Positions 37,061 through 52,210 of a stretch of DNA of 64,000 nt are shown one piece after another. Below the pieces are notes generated by a model that made no database searches, was not told where the DNA came from, and saw nothing but the letters and a program-made list of their open reading frames with translations. Location: the NCBI RefSeq assembly GCF_018977255.1, contig NW_024704756.1, forward strand, positions 14,014,001-14,078,000, written 5' to 3'. Every line of letters starts with the position of its first letter. The first letter of the stretch is position 1. The DNA is from Callorhinchus milii. Its lineage: Eukaryota. Made by a program: the position numbers and the translations under genes.

Positions 37061-40000
37061 AGATTGCAACTCTCTTCAGCTGATTGAACCATCCTGCACT
37101 GCTATTTTTTTCCCTGAGGATTATACTGTACTATGAATTCTTATGCAATTAGCCAATGAAGACTGTAATTTAAATTGTAAGAGTATAAGGTATATAGGGT
37201 CTAATCGCATTAAAACATCTCAAAAGTGCTTTGCAGATAATGAAGGTTAAGTAAAGTAACTTGAATTGTAGGCAAATTAAGATATCATTTGCACCAGCAA
37301 AGTCCACAAACAGTTGTGAGGTGAATAACATATTAATATGGAGGATTATAGTTGGAAAAACAAATTAACAGAAATATCCTGACTTAAAATAATGAAAGGC
37401 ATGGTACATAAAAATTCCACACATGAACTAAAAAAAATTATAAACAAATAGTTAAATACAATGAACAAGTAGCCTGATTCATCCAATCAAAGCAATAACC
37501 CTTTGTTATTTCAATGATATACAGTAATGTAAAACCACTTTGATAAATTTATATCTTCAGATACTAATATTAAAACAGTACTCTAATAGTTTAGATGGCC
37601 AAGATTAAGTTTCTTTAATTCTTGCATGCTGGGCTTGTCATTGAAATGTGATTCAATCAAGAGATGAGTAGCACTTGAAAGGTTAGTATGAAAATGACAA
37701 ATGTCTTGCATCAAATAAGGCTGCAGTTGTGTGACCTTCATCTTCAATTCTCTGAATGCCATGAAGTAATAAATTTAACACAGAGAAAGGACAGCATAAG
37801 GCTGTTTTTGGACAATCTGGATGAATTTCTGCTCGTTGGGATGAGTGATGTTCCCTTTGCTTGCCCTTGGAAACTCAGCATTTCTGAGATTGGTTGGTTG
37901 TCCTTATTGTAGTATGCTGGAAAGTGCGGGTTACATTTATCCTGTAGGTAACTGAGGCCATTTAATATTGTATGTTACAAAATTTAATGGATGAAACGAC
38001 TCATTTGTTTGAGAGGAATGGCACCTTCACTTTACACAACCGTGACATTTGAATAAGCACATTAGCTGTGTCATTGTCACCTCCCCAATTCACTTGTGCT
38101 TTAATATGGTGACACAATGCAGCAAAATTGGATCTAATCCCAAAGATGTCATGCTGTTTTTGAAACTGCTGATTTGTGCCAAGAGAGATGGGCTTGATTC
38201 TCATCAAGAGTGAAAGTGATTAGTGAAATGAAACATTTAATTGTATTATTCCACTGGATTTAGACTAGATCTATTGTCCACAAATAGGCACAATAAAAAA
38301 GAACAAATGCCTTCCAAACTAAAAGTAGCTTAAAAATGAATATGCTTTGCTGTCAAGCTTAGTATGCTCATGCTTAAGGTACACAAGAAACTACGTTATG
38401 TGAGGGCTTTCAAATATATTTTTAAAAACATGTTTCCTCCCCACCAAGTTACCCCCAATTAATATCCTTATTTAGGTATTTTTGTATAATATCACTGCTG
38501 TTCCTTGTCAATCCATTAAAAGGTGCTTTTAAGCATTGTGTGACAGAATCTACGTCAATTTAGGGCATTATAAAGCTATATCATTTGCAAGAATTATTAC
38601 AAATCTAATCAAGATCTTGTTGCAATAATGTAGGATGATATAGTACAACATAATATAATTTAATAGACTATACAGCAGAATTTCATCTTGTTTGTATACC
38701 TCAGAACTGCAGAGATATTTAAAATGAACAGACACATTTGTTAATTTATTTAAAATTCAGTATAAGGTATGGGTTTGGTAGATTGGTTTTAGATACAAGT
38801 CATATGATTAAATTACCTTGAAACAGGGTAAGAAAGAAACTATGATGTGCATTAATTTAAAAGTTATGCGGACAATCTGCATTAATAAATACTTCTGGTT
38901 TAACTACAGTATATAATTACCGTCACTAATCATGAATGACACTATCAATAATTTAACAACTGCAGTTCCCTGTAAGCTTGTAAGAACATTTCAGGTAATT
39001 ATTAATATCCTGTCAAATAGTTACCTTCAAAAATCTTGAGAAGCATTCTATAGTTGTTAGTATCTTATTATCTTGTTAATGTTTGATTGTAATTTAATAT
39101 TCTAGTTATAGATTGTCAACAATTATTCCACAGGATTACTCATGCTGCATACACCCAAAGTACACTGAATTTATCTTATGCCCTTTAAAATATTAATGAA
39201 ATACTGGCTAGTCATTAACACCTTGACTATGTAGGTCAGTAAACATCGACATTTCTTCTTTGGAATGATGTTGCAGTAATTACAATGCAATGTAAAACTG
39301 TAAGTGGCTAGTTTCCAGTTGACCTCTATTCTGTTTATTTACCCAATCACAATTCAATTTGCTCAGCAAACATAATATCACCTTTTAATCTGCTGTCAGA
39401 AAACCTGTTTACAGTACATTATGTAACATTGTGGATTATCATTTGTGAGGTGCACAGTCAACAAATGCATATTTTCTTTTTTAAAAAAAAATCCCTTTTT
39501 TTTAGTCCTATATTTGTTATCTTCCTTCCTTTATGCTGAGGGGAATAATGTCCTGGGGTTGATGACGTTATTCCACTCAACATAAAGGAATACCTTAATA
39601 CCTCAATGCTGGTTATGCTCTGATTCGGTTAACATTTTAAAATCGTGTGTCACTTAGTTTGCCCTGAATTAAAGCATTCTCGGGAGATGTTTGAACGGAT
39701 GTTTGCTTCTTTCATCTCCCTACTCCAACCTGGAATAACTATACTGGTGGATATACTTAAGAGGTTACATGCTAAAGAGCCAATCTTAAGTATTAAGAAT
39801 TTAAAATTTTAGTCTTAGGTAGGATTCAAATTTATACCACCAGCGACTAATTCAACATGCAATAGAATTTAGCATGGCGAATCTTGAAGGACCAGATGCC
39901 CAGATAAATGCATCCTAGTTACCCCTGACAGGACAGACCAGCTATTTATTTTTCAGATAGAAGGAGAAACAGTGATATGGTTCTAACTCATTCTTCAACA

Positions 40001-41371
40001 ATATTAATGATAAGGAGCTCTGAATATATGAGTCTTAAATCTTCAGATTAGAGGCTTTGCAAAAAAATTGAGCACAGTGAGAAATCAGGGAAGATTTTAC
40101 ATACTCATCAACAGCAACGTGCACTTATATAGCGCCCTCCATGCAGGGTAGAGTCTCAGCGCTTGAAAGAACTGAGCTGAAGAACTGAGAGGCAAAAAAA
40201 ATACTGCTAGTATTTATTACAGCAATAAAAAAAACTAATATCCAAAACAGATGGATATTCAGCTGTTTAATAAAATAACCACGGATATAATGGCCCAATC
40301 ATGCTGGAGACATTTGTTTGTATCTACTCTGAAAATTGGAAGACTTCCATCTACCATGAGACCTAATTTCCATGTTAACAAAAAATCTAAACTTCTGCTC
40401 AATATGTTAACCATAGGCTGATTTCTTTAATTAACTTAATTACAAAATGCTGTTGAAGAAAACATTGTTAGAGAATGCAGATGACATATAATCCTGCTCA
40501 CAAAGGTACAGGAAATTGCGACTGAGTTGAAGGCTAATTTCCACAATCCTCACGATTTTAAATTTTAACAAATAATTTTAAGCCTATGAACGTGAGACTT
40601 TTCAGACCCCTGATGAGGATAGCATTGAACTTAATTGTAATCCCTCTTACAGTCAAATAGACTGCTGTCACTCGTTGTCAGAGCTACAGCTGAAGAAAGA
40701 TTGTTTGCGTAAGGCATAGAAAGACTCATGAAAGAGGGAAAGGATATTCTAGAACCATAGAAAACAATTGTTTGGGAGGGAGGTTAAGGGAGCTCTCATT
40801 TTAGCAAGTTCAAGACATTGGGTCATACAGTTGGAAGAGAAGCAAACAAGATACTGGTCTGTGTGAATGATATATTAGTTTTTATCATCAACCCCAGGAC
40901 ATTATTACCAGGGTTTAGGCTAATAATTAAGACAATGGAGTAAGTGCTGGATGTTCTGTACAGTTATCTAAATTGGAAGCATTTGCTATGTCTAGCCATT
41001 CTTTTCCCTCTATTTTAATAAGTATCAATTTGGATGGCCTGAGAGATAAAATGGTGATGAATTCAATTAAAAATTGAATAAATTTAATCATAAAGTCACA
41101 TTTGGAAAAAATTACTGACGAATATTAAAACTAAAATGAATAACTGCAAGAGTACCTTGGTCATTATGGAAGTGAATGGAAGCAGCAAAATGAAAAATTC
41201 TACCACACTGGCATTCATATTCTGCAGTGATTCCTATTAAATTTCAAAGAAATCATCTTTAGGGCTGATTTTTAAAGGTCAGATTTGCCCAAATCATAAC
41301 AAAACGCTTGTTTAGTTTTCTCCTCCATTGATTAATATTGTGGAGAAACAATGTGTATTGGTAAATTTCTG

Positions 41372-41720
41372 TAATAATAATCCTTGCATTTGATTTAGCA
41401 CTTTTCACGTCTTATTGACGTCTCAAAGCACTTCACAGAAGAGACTAAAGTGAATTGACCGTATATTTGTGGGTGAAACGCAGCAGCCAGTTGCGCACAG
41501 CAGTGTCCCACAAACAGTCATGGATTAAAAATGACCAATTTATTATTGCTTTTGTTTTTTGAAGGGATTATTATTAGGCGTGTGGCGTAAGGAAATTTAG
41601 GATTTAAAATTTGGTGAGTTTTTTTAAATTTTTCTTTAAATTGACTGTATATTGTGGGCAAATTGCAGCAGCCAATTGCGCACAGCAGTCCCACAAACTG
41701 TCATGGATGGAGTGACCAAA
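41372..41720 (-). mobile_element. Two adjacent SINE fragments
   Basis: 41372-41597 and 41638-41720 both match the SINE body. Confidence 0.85.
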
Positions 41721-42290
41721 TAATAAAAATAATATAGCTTTCTTAAAGTCCTTACAGTAAAATAACATAGAAATCAAGTGGGAATTGAATTCAGGGATAA
41801 CTTTCTTTTAATTTTAATGTCTTCTAGTGTTCCTGTCTCACACTGGTTGCCCTTCAATACTCCACCCAATTGACCGTTTTTCATGTGTGAACCATAGAAG
41901 TGAGTATTGATAAGTTACTCAAATATAAAGAGTGTCACAGCCAAGCCTGATCTCCCATCACTCTGCTGTTATTCCCACACTACTGGTAGCTATGAAGAGA
42001 TGTAGGAACTCTAGCTATTTTTCTCTTTCCTACCCTGGGAAGGTTGGGGTCAATTTAGCATCCACACGCACCTGGCTTGGGGCTAAGACCAGCAGACTTG
42101 GCATGGATCGGGACTCAAACCGGCAAGTTACCTAGCAGTATGTAAGCAGCAATTCCATCCTCCACACCCTTGGGGGTGATAGGGATAGCTATTCCATGGT
42201 GCGATGCAAGCTTAAATACCACTGAGGTTTTTGGGCATATTCTGTAATCAGATTCTTGTCAAACTCGCCAAACTGAAAAGCCAGATTCTA

Positions 42291-42657
42291 TTAATAATCC
42301 TTGCATTTGATTTAGTGCTTTTCACGCCTTCCAGATGTCTCAAAGGGCTTCACAGAATATACTGTAAAGTGAATTGACTGTGGGCAAATCGCGGCAGCCA
42401 ATTGCGCACAGCAGAGTCCCACAAACAGTCGTGGATGGAGCGACCGAATAATATTTTTTTTAAAAAGGGATTATTAACCCCTGGAAAAAGCGATCCACCA
42501 ATCGACTAACAACCGGGTTCTCACTTACTGCTAGTTAAACAGAGGCGTGTTTTGGAGTAAGGAATCGTGCCTAAAGTTTTGCCCTGACCCGCCCGGGAAT
42601 CAAATCAGGATCCTCTCACTTGAGTGGCGAGTGCTCTAACCACTACAGTACAGGACT
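42291..42657 (-). mobile_element. Full-length SINE, variant with a longer middle segment
   Basis: tRNA head at about 42590-42657, body and tail match the family. Confidence 0.85.
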
Positions 42658-45600
42658 ATACATTATTAAAGATAACTAATAATTAGAATTTTTTTGAGGG
42701 AGAAAAACCGAATCAATTTTAACTTTTTTTAAAAAAAAAGGTCAGCAAGTGTCTCGACTGAAGTGTCTCGACGGAATGACTTCCTCACAGCGCATTCAGC
42801 CGTTTGAATATAGCGTAACTAATAAAAAAAATCCCTTGACTATGACAATAATATCTCAAAGGTATCAGAGCTTTCACCACTGGATACAAAATATATTTAC
42901 ATAAAAAAAGTCCTCCCCTACAGATGTATTTCCCCCACATTAACATCCCCTTAATTTATAGTTCTATATTTTACACAGTTGCATATATATATCTTTTAAA
43001 ACTTATTTTTGTCCTTTGTCTCCAAACACCCATTTCTTCCCCTCTATCATAATAATATGATAAATGCATTTAAATCTTTGACATGAAAATCAGGAAATGG
43101 GACACAAACAGGAGTAAATAATTAAATTGGGTTTTAACAATCTGGGCAATGGTGATAGTTGAATGGCATTTTCCTTTGTACCTGGTTCCTTTTCCTTTGT
43201 TTATTAATTACATCAGGATTATCAAACTATGATTTCCAGATGAATACCAGGAAACAGCACACATCAGCAACTAAATTGAGGGTTTAAATTATGTCATAGC
43301 TACAGGAATTATGCTTGATTTGCTTTAATTACTATTTAAATCTATTGGGCAGATTATTACCTTTGAATCACCCTAGGAAATCTATTTTTTCGATTTTGAT
43401 AAATTTTGTGGTTTTGAGGATTTTTGTGTCATTGTCCATCAGATGCGGTAGATGTAGTTCTATATCAATGATGTTCACCCTGAAAGATTGATGCTTGCTT
43501 AATCCTTACTTCCACTGATCCCTTACTGCAAATATATTGAGACATTGTTTATCATTCATTATTATAAAATTCTAGTGTTGTATGCATAAATTATCAGTCA
43601 TTATAATTTATTGCAAATTCTATAACAATAATAATTGTACTCGTTAAAAACAAAACGTGACTTGATTGTGAAATGTTTCCCTTCCCTTGATGTGGTTTCT
43701 TAAAAATGTTTACTCTAATGTTATAATGAATGTGTTGAGCAAGCAGGGATTTGAAAGTGGAAGTTTCAAGTTTGATAACTGAACAACTTTCCTGATTCAT
43801 GGGAAAAACAATTATTTAAAAGGTACATTTTGAATTCACATCCAATTTGCAACGGTTTAGTACTGGCACTTTAGCAAAGCTCCAAGTACAAAAGAATCTT
43901 CATGGTCTTGTACCTGTGTGTATTAACAGTACCGAGCTCATTATTTTTGACAAGCCCATTACTACTTCATGATTATGGACATGTTTTTCCAATGGTTAGT
44001 GTCCTTCCAAAAGTAGTGCAGTATGATCAGAAATCTCTAAATGCTGTCATAGTGCTCTTATTGCTAAGATATAGTGAAAATGTTCTTCTGAATTGTAACT
44101 GTCCCTTCGAAGAACAATGGAAAGTAGTTTTACCATCAAACTAATTTCATTTTTTTTTAACGCTATTTGCAAGGGTACAGCTGGGTTGAGAATGCACAGT
44201 ACAGATGAAAGCACAGTCATTTTTAATACTGCAGAAGCTCTGAAGATCATGCAAATGTTATTTTTTGCTGAATGCTGTTAGATTTATCAAATTAAAAAGC
44301 ACAATAGATTTAAACAGCAGAGTAATCAGGACTCATTTTTGATATAGTTATAACTGTCCTATGTGACCTATACCGCTGAGCACAATGTAAGAATCTGTGT
44401 CTAAAAATAATCATAAACCTAACAATGCTGCAATAAATATAGATTTAGTTTCCTGATGATATTTCTTAAACTTCTGGAGAGACGCAGCTGCTTTCTTATA
44501 TCCTTCAAGTAAAGTAACATTAAAGATTAGTCAAATAAATTTGGCACAGTGAACTAATACCAACCTGTATCACCTCCAAGATTATATGCGCAGTTTCATC
44601 CAACATCTTGCCATTATAACCATTCAGTTTAGCAGTATTGTTTGAATCTGTTTGCCCTATGTTTATCGAGGGACCAAGAAGTGAACTAGTGAGATAGCTG
44701 TGTCCTAGAATAGCAAGGCAGCCTATTTAGATAGTTGATCAAAGTCCTGTAATGGCATCACAATAATTTTAAACATATCTGATATTAGATTTAGAAAGAC
44801 CTTAAAAAAAAGCATCCCGAAAATTTGACCTTATCAACTAGAATTTCAAAGGCTCAAAGCCCAAATACCATTTTTTTAATTGTCTATTTAATATGCTGTT
44901 TCTTCTGCACGCATCAGCCAATTTAAGTGGTGCAGCGAATGGAAAACATGCAGTAGCAGCTTGACCCATGGATCACAATTGTGAAGAACAGTGGCATGGG
45001 GTAGTTGATTTCAATTGTTTCAACATGATTCCAATTGATTTATGTTGTAAATCAAGTCAATAATGTGACTTGCTGTAGTACATGGATATGTTAACAGCTT
45101 TTACCTGGGCAAGAGGAGATGCAATGTGTTTTAAGTCCAATTACACCATTTTAATACTGTACATAAATCATACATCCTGAAAAATAAATCCTTAAAAAGA
45201 GCTTTGTTTATTCATTTTAAAAGAAAGTGGTAGGAACAATTTGATCAATTTACAGAAATGGTCAAAGTCTTTACAATTAAATTGGTAGCAGATTTCTGCA
45301 ATGCTTGATTGATTCTTCATTTGCGTTACTGAGTTCATTGAAGCTTAGTGTCATGGTCCACCGGTACATCAATGTTCATTCTATTTTTTTTGAACAGAAT
45401 GAAATCCTTTTAAAAAACAACTTAATTTTGCAAGTGTAGATGGAGGAGTATGTGGATGAGGTTCTCAGCATAGCATTCTCAGCATGTTCTATAGCATTAT
45501 TATTGAAGGTTTGGAAAGTTTAAAACACATTCTTTATCTGTTCTCTCTCTATTATATATATATATATGTTACATATATAAAATAACAGGTTTGTAACACT

Positions 45601-47629
45601 TCTTGAAAATTGCTGATTGTGCTTCTAGTCCCTGATGAAGGTCAATTACACTAATGAAATGATACTTTATGAATGTAGCCCTTCCTCCAATATATAGACG
45701 AAACTAAGTCAGCAACAAAATTGAAAACTGCTTTGCTAAATTTTATAGACCAAATTAAAGGCACTTTATCATCCTTTTAATGAGTATGTAGAAAGATAGT
45801 TTATTCACAGTAGCATGCTGAAATTATTGTAGTGTTTAAGTGGGTACAGTACCACTGTTGATCTATCTAGAATGTTTTCTATCTCGGATAAATCAAGGAA
45901 CCGTTTTTTTTACAATTATTATTTATAATAGTGATAGCATTGACTTATGGAAATTAACCTGAAGTTGCATGTTAGAATAAATAAAGCAATCTACCATGCT
46001 TGTGCCTGCTGGTAAGGTTCAGTGAATTCATTTTTATATTTTGAAATATTTTTGTGTGAACTGTTCTGGATGGATCTTAAGTTTATGAAAATGAATCCAA
46101 ATTGTACCATATGTTACTTCTCAGAATAAATAATACTTTGTCATACATCAAATATCACAAGTCTCATTTATTGATTTTGTTCACAACTATCTAGTTCATG
46201 CCATTAAATTAACAATTGACCATTAATATACAAACAGAAAGACACATGAGGGATTAGTATAGAAGCATTCCATTCAGTATAGGAGTGGAGAGAATAATGA
46301 ACAGCTTGTGTAGTTTGTGGCACATCTATTTATGCACTTCTAAAAGAGTGCTTAACTCAATAATGTATTTGTAAGTTAGATTCCAGGTCAACCATTATTG
46401 TTAGATAATGTATGTTGAGTGATGAGCTGATATTTCTGTTGAATTATATTGAACTGTTGATGAAGAAATTGCTGGTTCGGTTGTACAATTGTTTATTGTT
46501 GTTTCAGCAGATGCTGGTTCAATATTGTGATTTTGCAGAACAAACTGTTGGTGTTATAACAACACTAATTTGGCTTTGTGCCATATTCTGCCTCCACAAG
46601 ATGACTCATAAGTATCTGAATGCATTCCAGGAGAAGAATCTGTTGTTTTGAGAGGACAGCAATTCTCTATTTATCCCAATGATCTTTCAACCCCTGGATG
46701 TATGGTTCCCTCAAGAGCACCTGTGGGATATCTGTCAATCAGCCCAGGCTCAATTTGTTTCCCTCTTGAGACACGGAATTCAGTCAGGTTATAAACTATA
46801 ATTTCAGGTTTTCAATTTTACGAAAAACATAAACAGTCAAATTTTCAGCTTCGGCTAACAGCAAGGCAGTGATGTATTCCCCTACTAATTAATTTTCTGG
46901 TCTTTCACAGGAGGAATTCAAGAATTTGTTGCAGCGTTAGTGCTACCTGGAGCTTTGCTTTCCTGGAAGGACAGATGTTAGGAGTTGGCATTTGAACTAC
47001 GCAAGAAGGCACTTTAGTTTGGAGATAGGTCGTGAGATGGACCCTCTCTTTGGACTGAGGCTCAGATTTTTTGCCCTATGAATTATTAAATCAGGACAAA
47101 GATAAAAACATAACTACTTGGAATAAGAATTGAATACTGTCAGTATGCCAAATAGAAAAAAAGTGCCCTTTTTAATGTATTCAAAATAATCTGAAGCACT
47201 TCAGATCCACGTAAATTCTCAATTGAAGTGACAGTACTATCGCACCAAAATGTCTTGCAGAAACAAATGAGTCTTGAAATTGTAGACACCCAGCCAGTGA
47301 CAGCTGTATTAACAACAACAACTTGCATTGATATAGCACCCTTCACTTAGGATAAAGTCTCAGAAAAATAATCGTCAACACAGCTAAATAAAATAACATG
47401 GAAAGCAATGAAATATTCTCAAGCATATTGAGAATTTATCTGATTCAAGTAGGACAAAATGTATCGTAACATCCAGTATGTCACACATCAAACTCCAGTT
47501 AAAATAGAAATTCATGGTGTGTTTATGAAGCTCCTACATAATCAGTGTAAAGGGGATTAAAAATAACAAATGTAATTACTATCATACATTTCAGTGTTGA
47601 ATGCAAACACATTTGAGTCAACAACCATA

Positions 47630-48525
47630 TGCTTTTATATAGCGCCCTCCATGCCGGGCAGCGACCCAGGGTGCTTAGCAAAGGTGGAGCCCGATGCCAA
47701 GTCAGGGGGAGGGGGAAGGTGACCATAGGCATGGTCGAAGAGGAAGGTCTTCAGGTGCAACCTGAAAATGGGGAAAGAGGGGGCAAGGCAAAGAAATTGA
47801 GGGAGCCAGTTCCATAGCTTTGGGCCGTAGTGGCTAAGGAACGGCTGCCGATGGTGTAGAGGATTCAAGGGACAAGGAGGGGGCCAGAGCTAGAAGAGTG
47901 GAGGTGGTGGGTAGTGCTGTTGAGAGGAGGTTTGAGAGATGGGGAGTGCCAAGGCTTGGAGGGATTTAAACGCTAGAGGAGGATCGTGACATCGATCTGC
48001 TCTGACAGTGAGCCAGTGAAGTTTGGCAAGTACTGGGTAATCGGGGTGCGGAGTTTAGTGCGGGTGAGAATGCCGGCAGTGGAGTTTTGGGTGAGTTAAA
48101 TTTTGTGAATAATGGAGGAGGGGAGACCGGCGAGGAAGGTGTTTGAGTAGTCCAGCCGAGAGATTACGCAGGCGTGGACGAGGGTTTTGGCATCTTGTGG
48201 AGTGAGGTATTGTTGGAGATGGGCAATGTGGCAGAGTTGGAGGAAAGTGGTCCTGGTCAGGGACTGGATGTGGGGGAGGAAGGATAACTGGGAATTGAAC
48301 TTGATGCCTAAGCTGTGCCTAGGTTAAGAGAGTTTTAAGGACAAATCGGATAGGTTGAGGAGATCTGAACTGCAGCACAGAAGAGGTCGACGGGAGCCAA
48401 AGAGTATGGCTTCTATCTTGTTGATGTTTAACTGCAAGAAGTTTGCACTCATCCAGGCGTTGATGACAAGCTGACAGAACATCAGAGGAGTGGGAATCGC
48501 GCCTGAGGAGGAGAAGTAGAGTCAA
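47630..48525 (-). mobile_element. Degenerate L2 LINE 3' fragment
   Basis: Frameshifted ORF2 motifs WMSANFLQLN and PKLWNWLP...FRLHLKTFLF; tail GGCGCTATATAAAAG. Confidence 0.85.
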
Positions 48526-51419
48526 TACATTTCTTGAGATAGGAGTGAAATAGATGCCAATGCAGGTATACTTATGAAAGTCTTATGTCTAGATGTGGCA
48601 CCTGTGGAAAACAGAAATGGTTTCAATCACTTTGTCATGATGTTCTTTTATTGATTGAGCCCAATATACTGAAGCTTTACGACATGTATACTCCAGCGTT
48701 GAACTGTTTCACTGTGAACTGAATTGTATTTCACGTGGCGAGAAGCCAGCTCTTTACCAGAGTCTGTCAAGATGTTCTGCTGTTTCACAGAATGCCTGAG
48801 GCACAGCTTTCAAAGTTCTGAAACGACCCTTGAATGTTTATTGGAAATTGCTAGATTCAAGGCACTGATCTCAATTCCAAGAGATGCAGCACTCTTGAAA
48901 AAAAAGTTGATTGAAGCAATATCTCGCTTTAGCCTTCATATCAGACTTTATACATACAAAATATTGAACAATAGGACCAGTGTCTCTTTTATGCTACTGT
49001 CTTGATTGTTAATTGTTTTAAATACACAAAATTACAAACTAATAATTTCACACGTGTAAATCAACAACAAAATAACAATGATTTTCTAGAATTCACTAAA
49101 AAGTAACATTGTAACTTAAACAATCCCTCTGAAATCTTTTTGTGATGGTGAATGTTAGAAATTCTGTCATTGAGTGAGTGATGTAATTAGTTTCAATAGC
49201 CATTCGTAGCAAAGCTAGCATGTTCTAGTAACTTTGAAAATACTTCTTCTAATCTCTCCATGAACTCTTACAGCGACTGAGACTAACAATCAGGGTAAAA
49301 CTGGGAAGTATACAATTGCTCACTTTTTAACGAGCATCCCGAGCAACCCAGAGAAAAACTATATATAGATGTGTTACAGGTTTCAAAGCAAAGGAAATCA
49401 AGTGATATCATTGTGTCATTCATGAACGCATTTATCCACCAAAAATGCTTTGCACAAATTTATGTAATGGCTTCATGAATGCTTTGCTCTAGGCTCCAGT
49501 TCGATGCTGTAATTGCAAGATTGCTTGTATATTCTAGAAGGATGAGATCAAATGGGACAAACGGTCATCTTCATCCGAACTAATCTTGTGCTCAGGCTCA
49601 TTTGTTTATCAATGGCGCAGCAAATGCAGTTCAGGAAGCCTTAAAGCATTCTTCAGAGGATCAGAGTCTGCATAAGAAATCAAATTCATACCCAGTACCA
49701 AATTTGACAGCTTAAGCTCTGAGAGTCTCAAGAGTGGAAAAATGGAAATATTCCCTGTTCCTGCAAGGATTTCTGCTTTGATGAATCCTTCTGTAATGTT
49801 ATAAGAAAGTTCTGCAGACCCATTTGAAACCTGACCTGGGATCACACAATTAAAGAATTCAAGGTCTTAACATTCTTCGTAATGCCACTTTACTCAACAC
49901 CAATCATGTCTGAATAGGTTTGTCTACCTTTATGTGTTTTGGGGGGGCAGGGGGGGTTAAAATCAGTTACGGGGATGATTGAATTTATGTACTCTTAAGC
50001 TAAATTGCAAACCAATGAAGGGCAAATCAGACCTGGACAAATACATACTTTCTGTTATTAGAGGTTTGTTATTATTATTGTTTGTATGGTGTATAGTTTT
50101 TTTTTATTTCATAATGCTAGAAGTGCAAATGCACACAATATTGGATGTGGGTCACGATTTATCACTAGCTGATCTGTGCATGGGAATAACAGATACTGTA
50201 GTGAATAATGGTGGCAAGCGATGAGAATGTTAAGAAATATGAAAATATTGTTAGTGTCAGAGATTCCACTTTAATAAACAAGTTGTCAGCTCTTTGAAAA
50301 ATTTCAATGATTATTTGTGCATTATGTCAAGATAGCTGCCTGTGGAACTTCATTCGCCCTCAAACTAAATGAATGCTCACATCAGTGCTTTGAGTAAGAA
50401 TGGAGAACTATTGTACCCCAAAATGATAGTGACTAATGCCTGATGTTTAATGTGATGTCTCAAGCTTGCTTACAAAACATATGTGTGAAATGTGTTTCCC
50501 CCAGCTCCAACAAAACACAGAAACCTTCCTTTAAATGAGAATTAAGTCAAACAAATCACTATCTCTTGCTATTGTATAGCTTTATTGGAAACATTTATTT
50601 GCCTCTTCCATCTAGCAGTTCCTGAGGCCAAAAGAAAATCACAATAAAGTCTTGTATTAGAGGCCATGTTCCAGTGTTAATTCTGCATTTTAAAATATTC
50701 CACATTCCCAAATGTATTCATTGACCGTGTTTGTGTGACAGATTACCAAGTTGTTTCCCCAATCTGTTTGTTAGCTGTTAATTGAAGATGGAGCATTTAG
50801 CAACTTTGCACCCAAGTATGTTTCCAGGTTAGGTATGGTGTGCAATTGTGCATTGGTATTTCACATTTGTTTCAAATCGTAATGGCTGCACTGCCTAACA
50901 ATTCTTTACACACACCTTTCAAGCAATCCTGTCTGAAAATTTAAATACAGTATGGATAGTTTTATGTTTAAGGCTCATGTTCATTCGCAACTAAACAAAC
51001 TGCCTGACTTAATTTAATTTGTGACCCTTAAAATTATCAGACAGATTATGATTTAATCATCAGCTGTACTCAAGCTTAGTACACAGGATACCTTTTTACA
51101 TGGAGTGTTCCAATCTACTGTTCTGAACTAATTTGCTTTGAATTGAATTAAAATTAGATTGATATCCTTGGGAATGTATTGATAGCGGTTGAATTTAGTT
51201 TTGTACAGGACACATTCTTGCCACTGAAGGCAATGTTTATCCCACACGTAAGGAAGAACTTAATAGCTTGCTCAAGAGGTCTTTGACATTTTGACACATG
51301 TTTTTACTAAAAATATAAAAATTTAGCATTAATAATTGTAAATGTTAATTAAATAGCATGATTTTGATCAATTTTCTTTTCTCCCAAAAGATTGCTGGGT
51401 ATCCAATAGTTGAAACAGT

Positions 51420-51690
51420 GCGATTTGGGTGAGGATCATGCTGGCGTAAGATGTTGAATCGAGGTTGTATCTGTATGTTCAAGGGGCCATTAAAAATCCC
51501 TTGACACTATTCAAAATGAGAAGGGAGTTTCTCCCGATAGCCTGGCCAACTATTCTAAAATGATCAGTTGATCATTTTAGAGCTTTTGAAGGGGAGCTGT
51601 TTGGTTGAGTGGATGTCAAGTTTGCCAAAAAAGAAAACAATTACTATACTGTTACGTAATTTGTGAAGCGCTTTGAGAAGTCTCAACATA
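51420..51690 (+). mobile_element. Old DeuSINE-like relic
   Basis: Degenerate Deu core and GTGAAGCGCTTTGAG tail. Confidence 0.55.
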
Positions 51691-52051
51691 GACAAATCCT
51701 TAACTTGCCAGTAGCTTAGCGGTTAAATAATCACCAAAGTTGAGCAAAAGCATTACATTGTGGTCCATCAAATGTTTACTGTATTGTGGACTGGGTGGTG
51801 TGTGATCATTCTCAGTGTACAAATCACCATGACACGCTATATGTATTTGGGCAGTCAGGTTTAGAGGCAGCTGGAGGACAATTACAGAGACCGAGAAAAT
51901 GAAAGATGACATGACACTGGACTCCAGATGGGATAACAACAGGATGCTGCATCGCACATTATAAAAGTGTGGAGTTACAGCAACAGATCTGATCCTGCTT
52001 TTATTGCGGTTTCTGAGTGCATTCGGCTCTACCCAAATGCACAAAAACATT

Positions 52052-52210
52052 TGAAACAAAAACAGAGAGAGCTGGGAAAACTCAGCAGGCCAGGCAGCAT
52101 CTATGGAGAAAGGAAAGTGAGTCAACGTTTCGGGTCCACGACCCTTCGTCAGAACTGCAACTTTTTTTTTGGTTCAGATTTCCAGCATCTGCAGTATTTT
52201 GTGTTTTGCA
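52052..52210 (-). mobile_element. Penelope-like element terminal-repeat fragment
   Basis: CTCAGCAGGCCAGGCAGCATCTATGGAGA...AACGTTTCGGGTC...CGTCAG resembles a common chondrichthyan repeat (recall) and contains a hammerhead core. Confidence 0.65.
52117..52157 (-). ncRNA. Minimal type I hammerhead ribozyme motif
   Basis: Minus strand reads cAGTT-CTGACGA-A-GGGTC-GTG-GACCC-GAAA-CG-TT-GACT: intact CUGANGA and GAAA core, 5-bp stem II, palindromic ACGU stem III, GUU triplet, 4-bp stem I. Confidence 0.7.

Noticed and set aside
45632..45660. Second CTGATGA...GAAA hammerhead-like motif
   Set aside because: No convincing stem II or stem III pairing.
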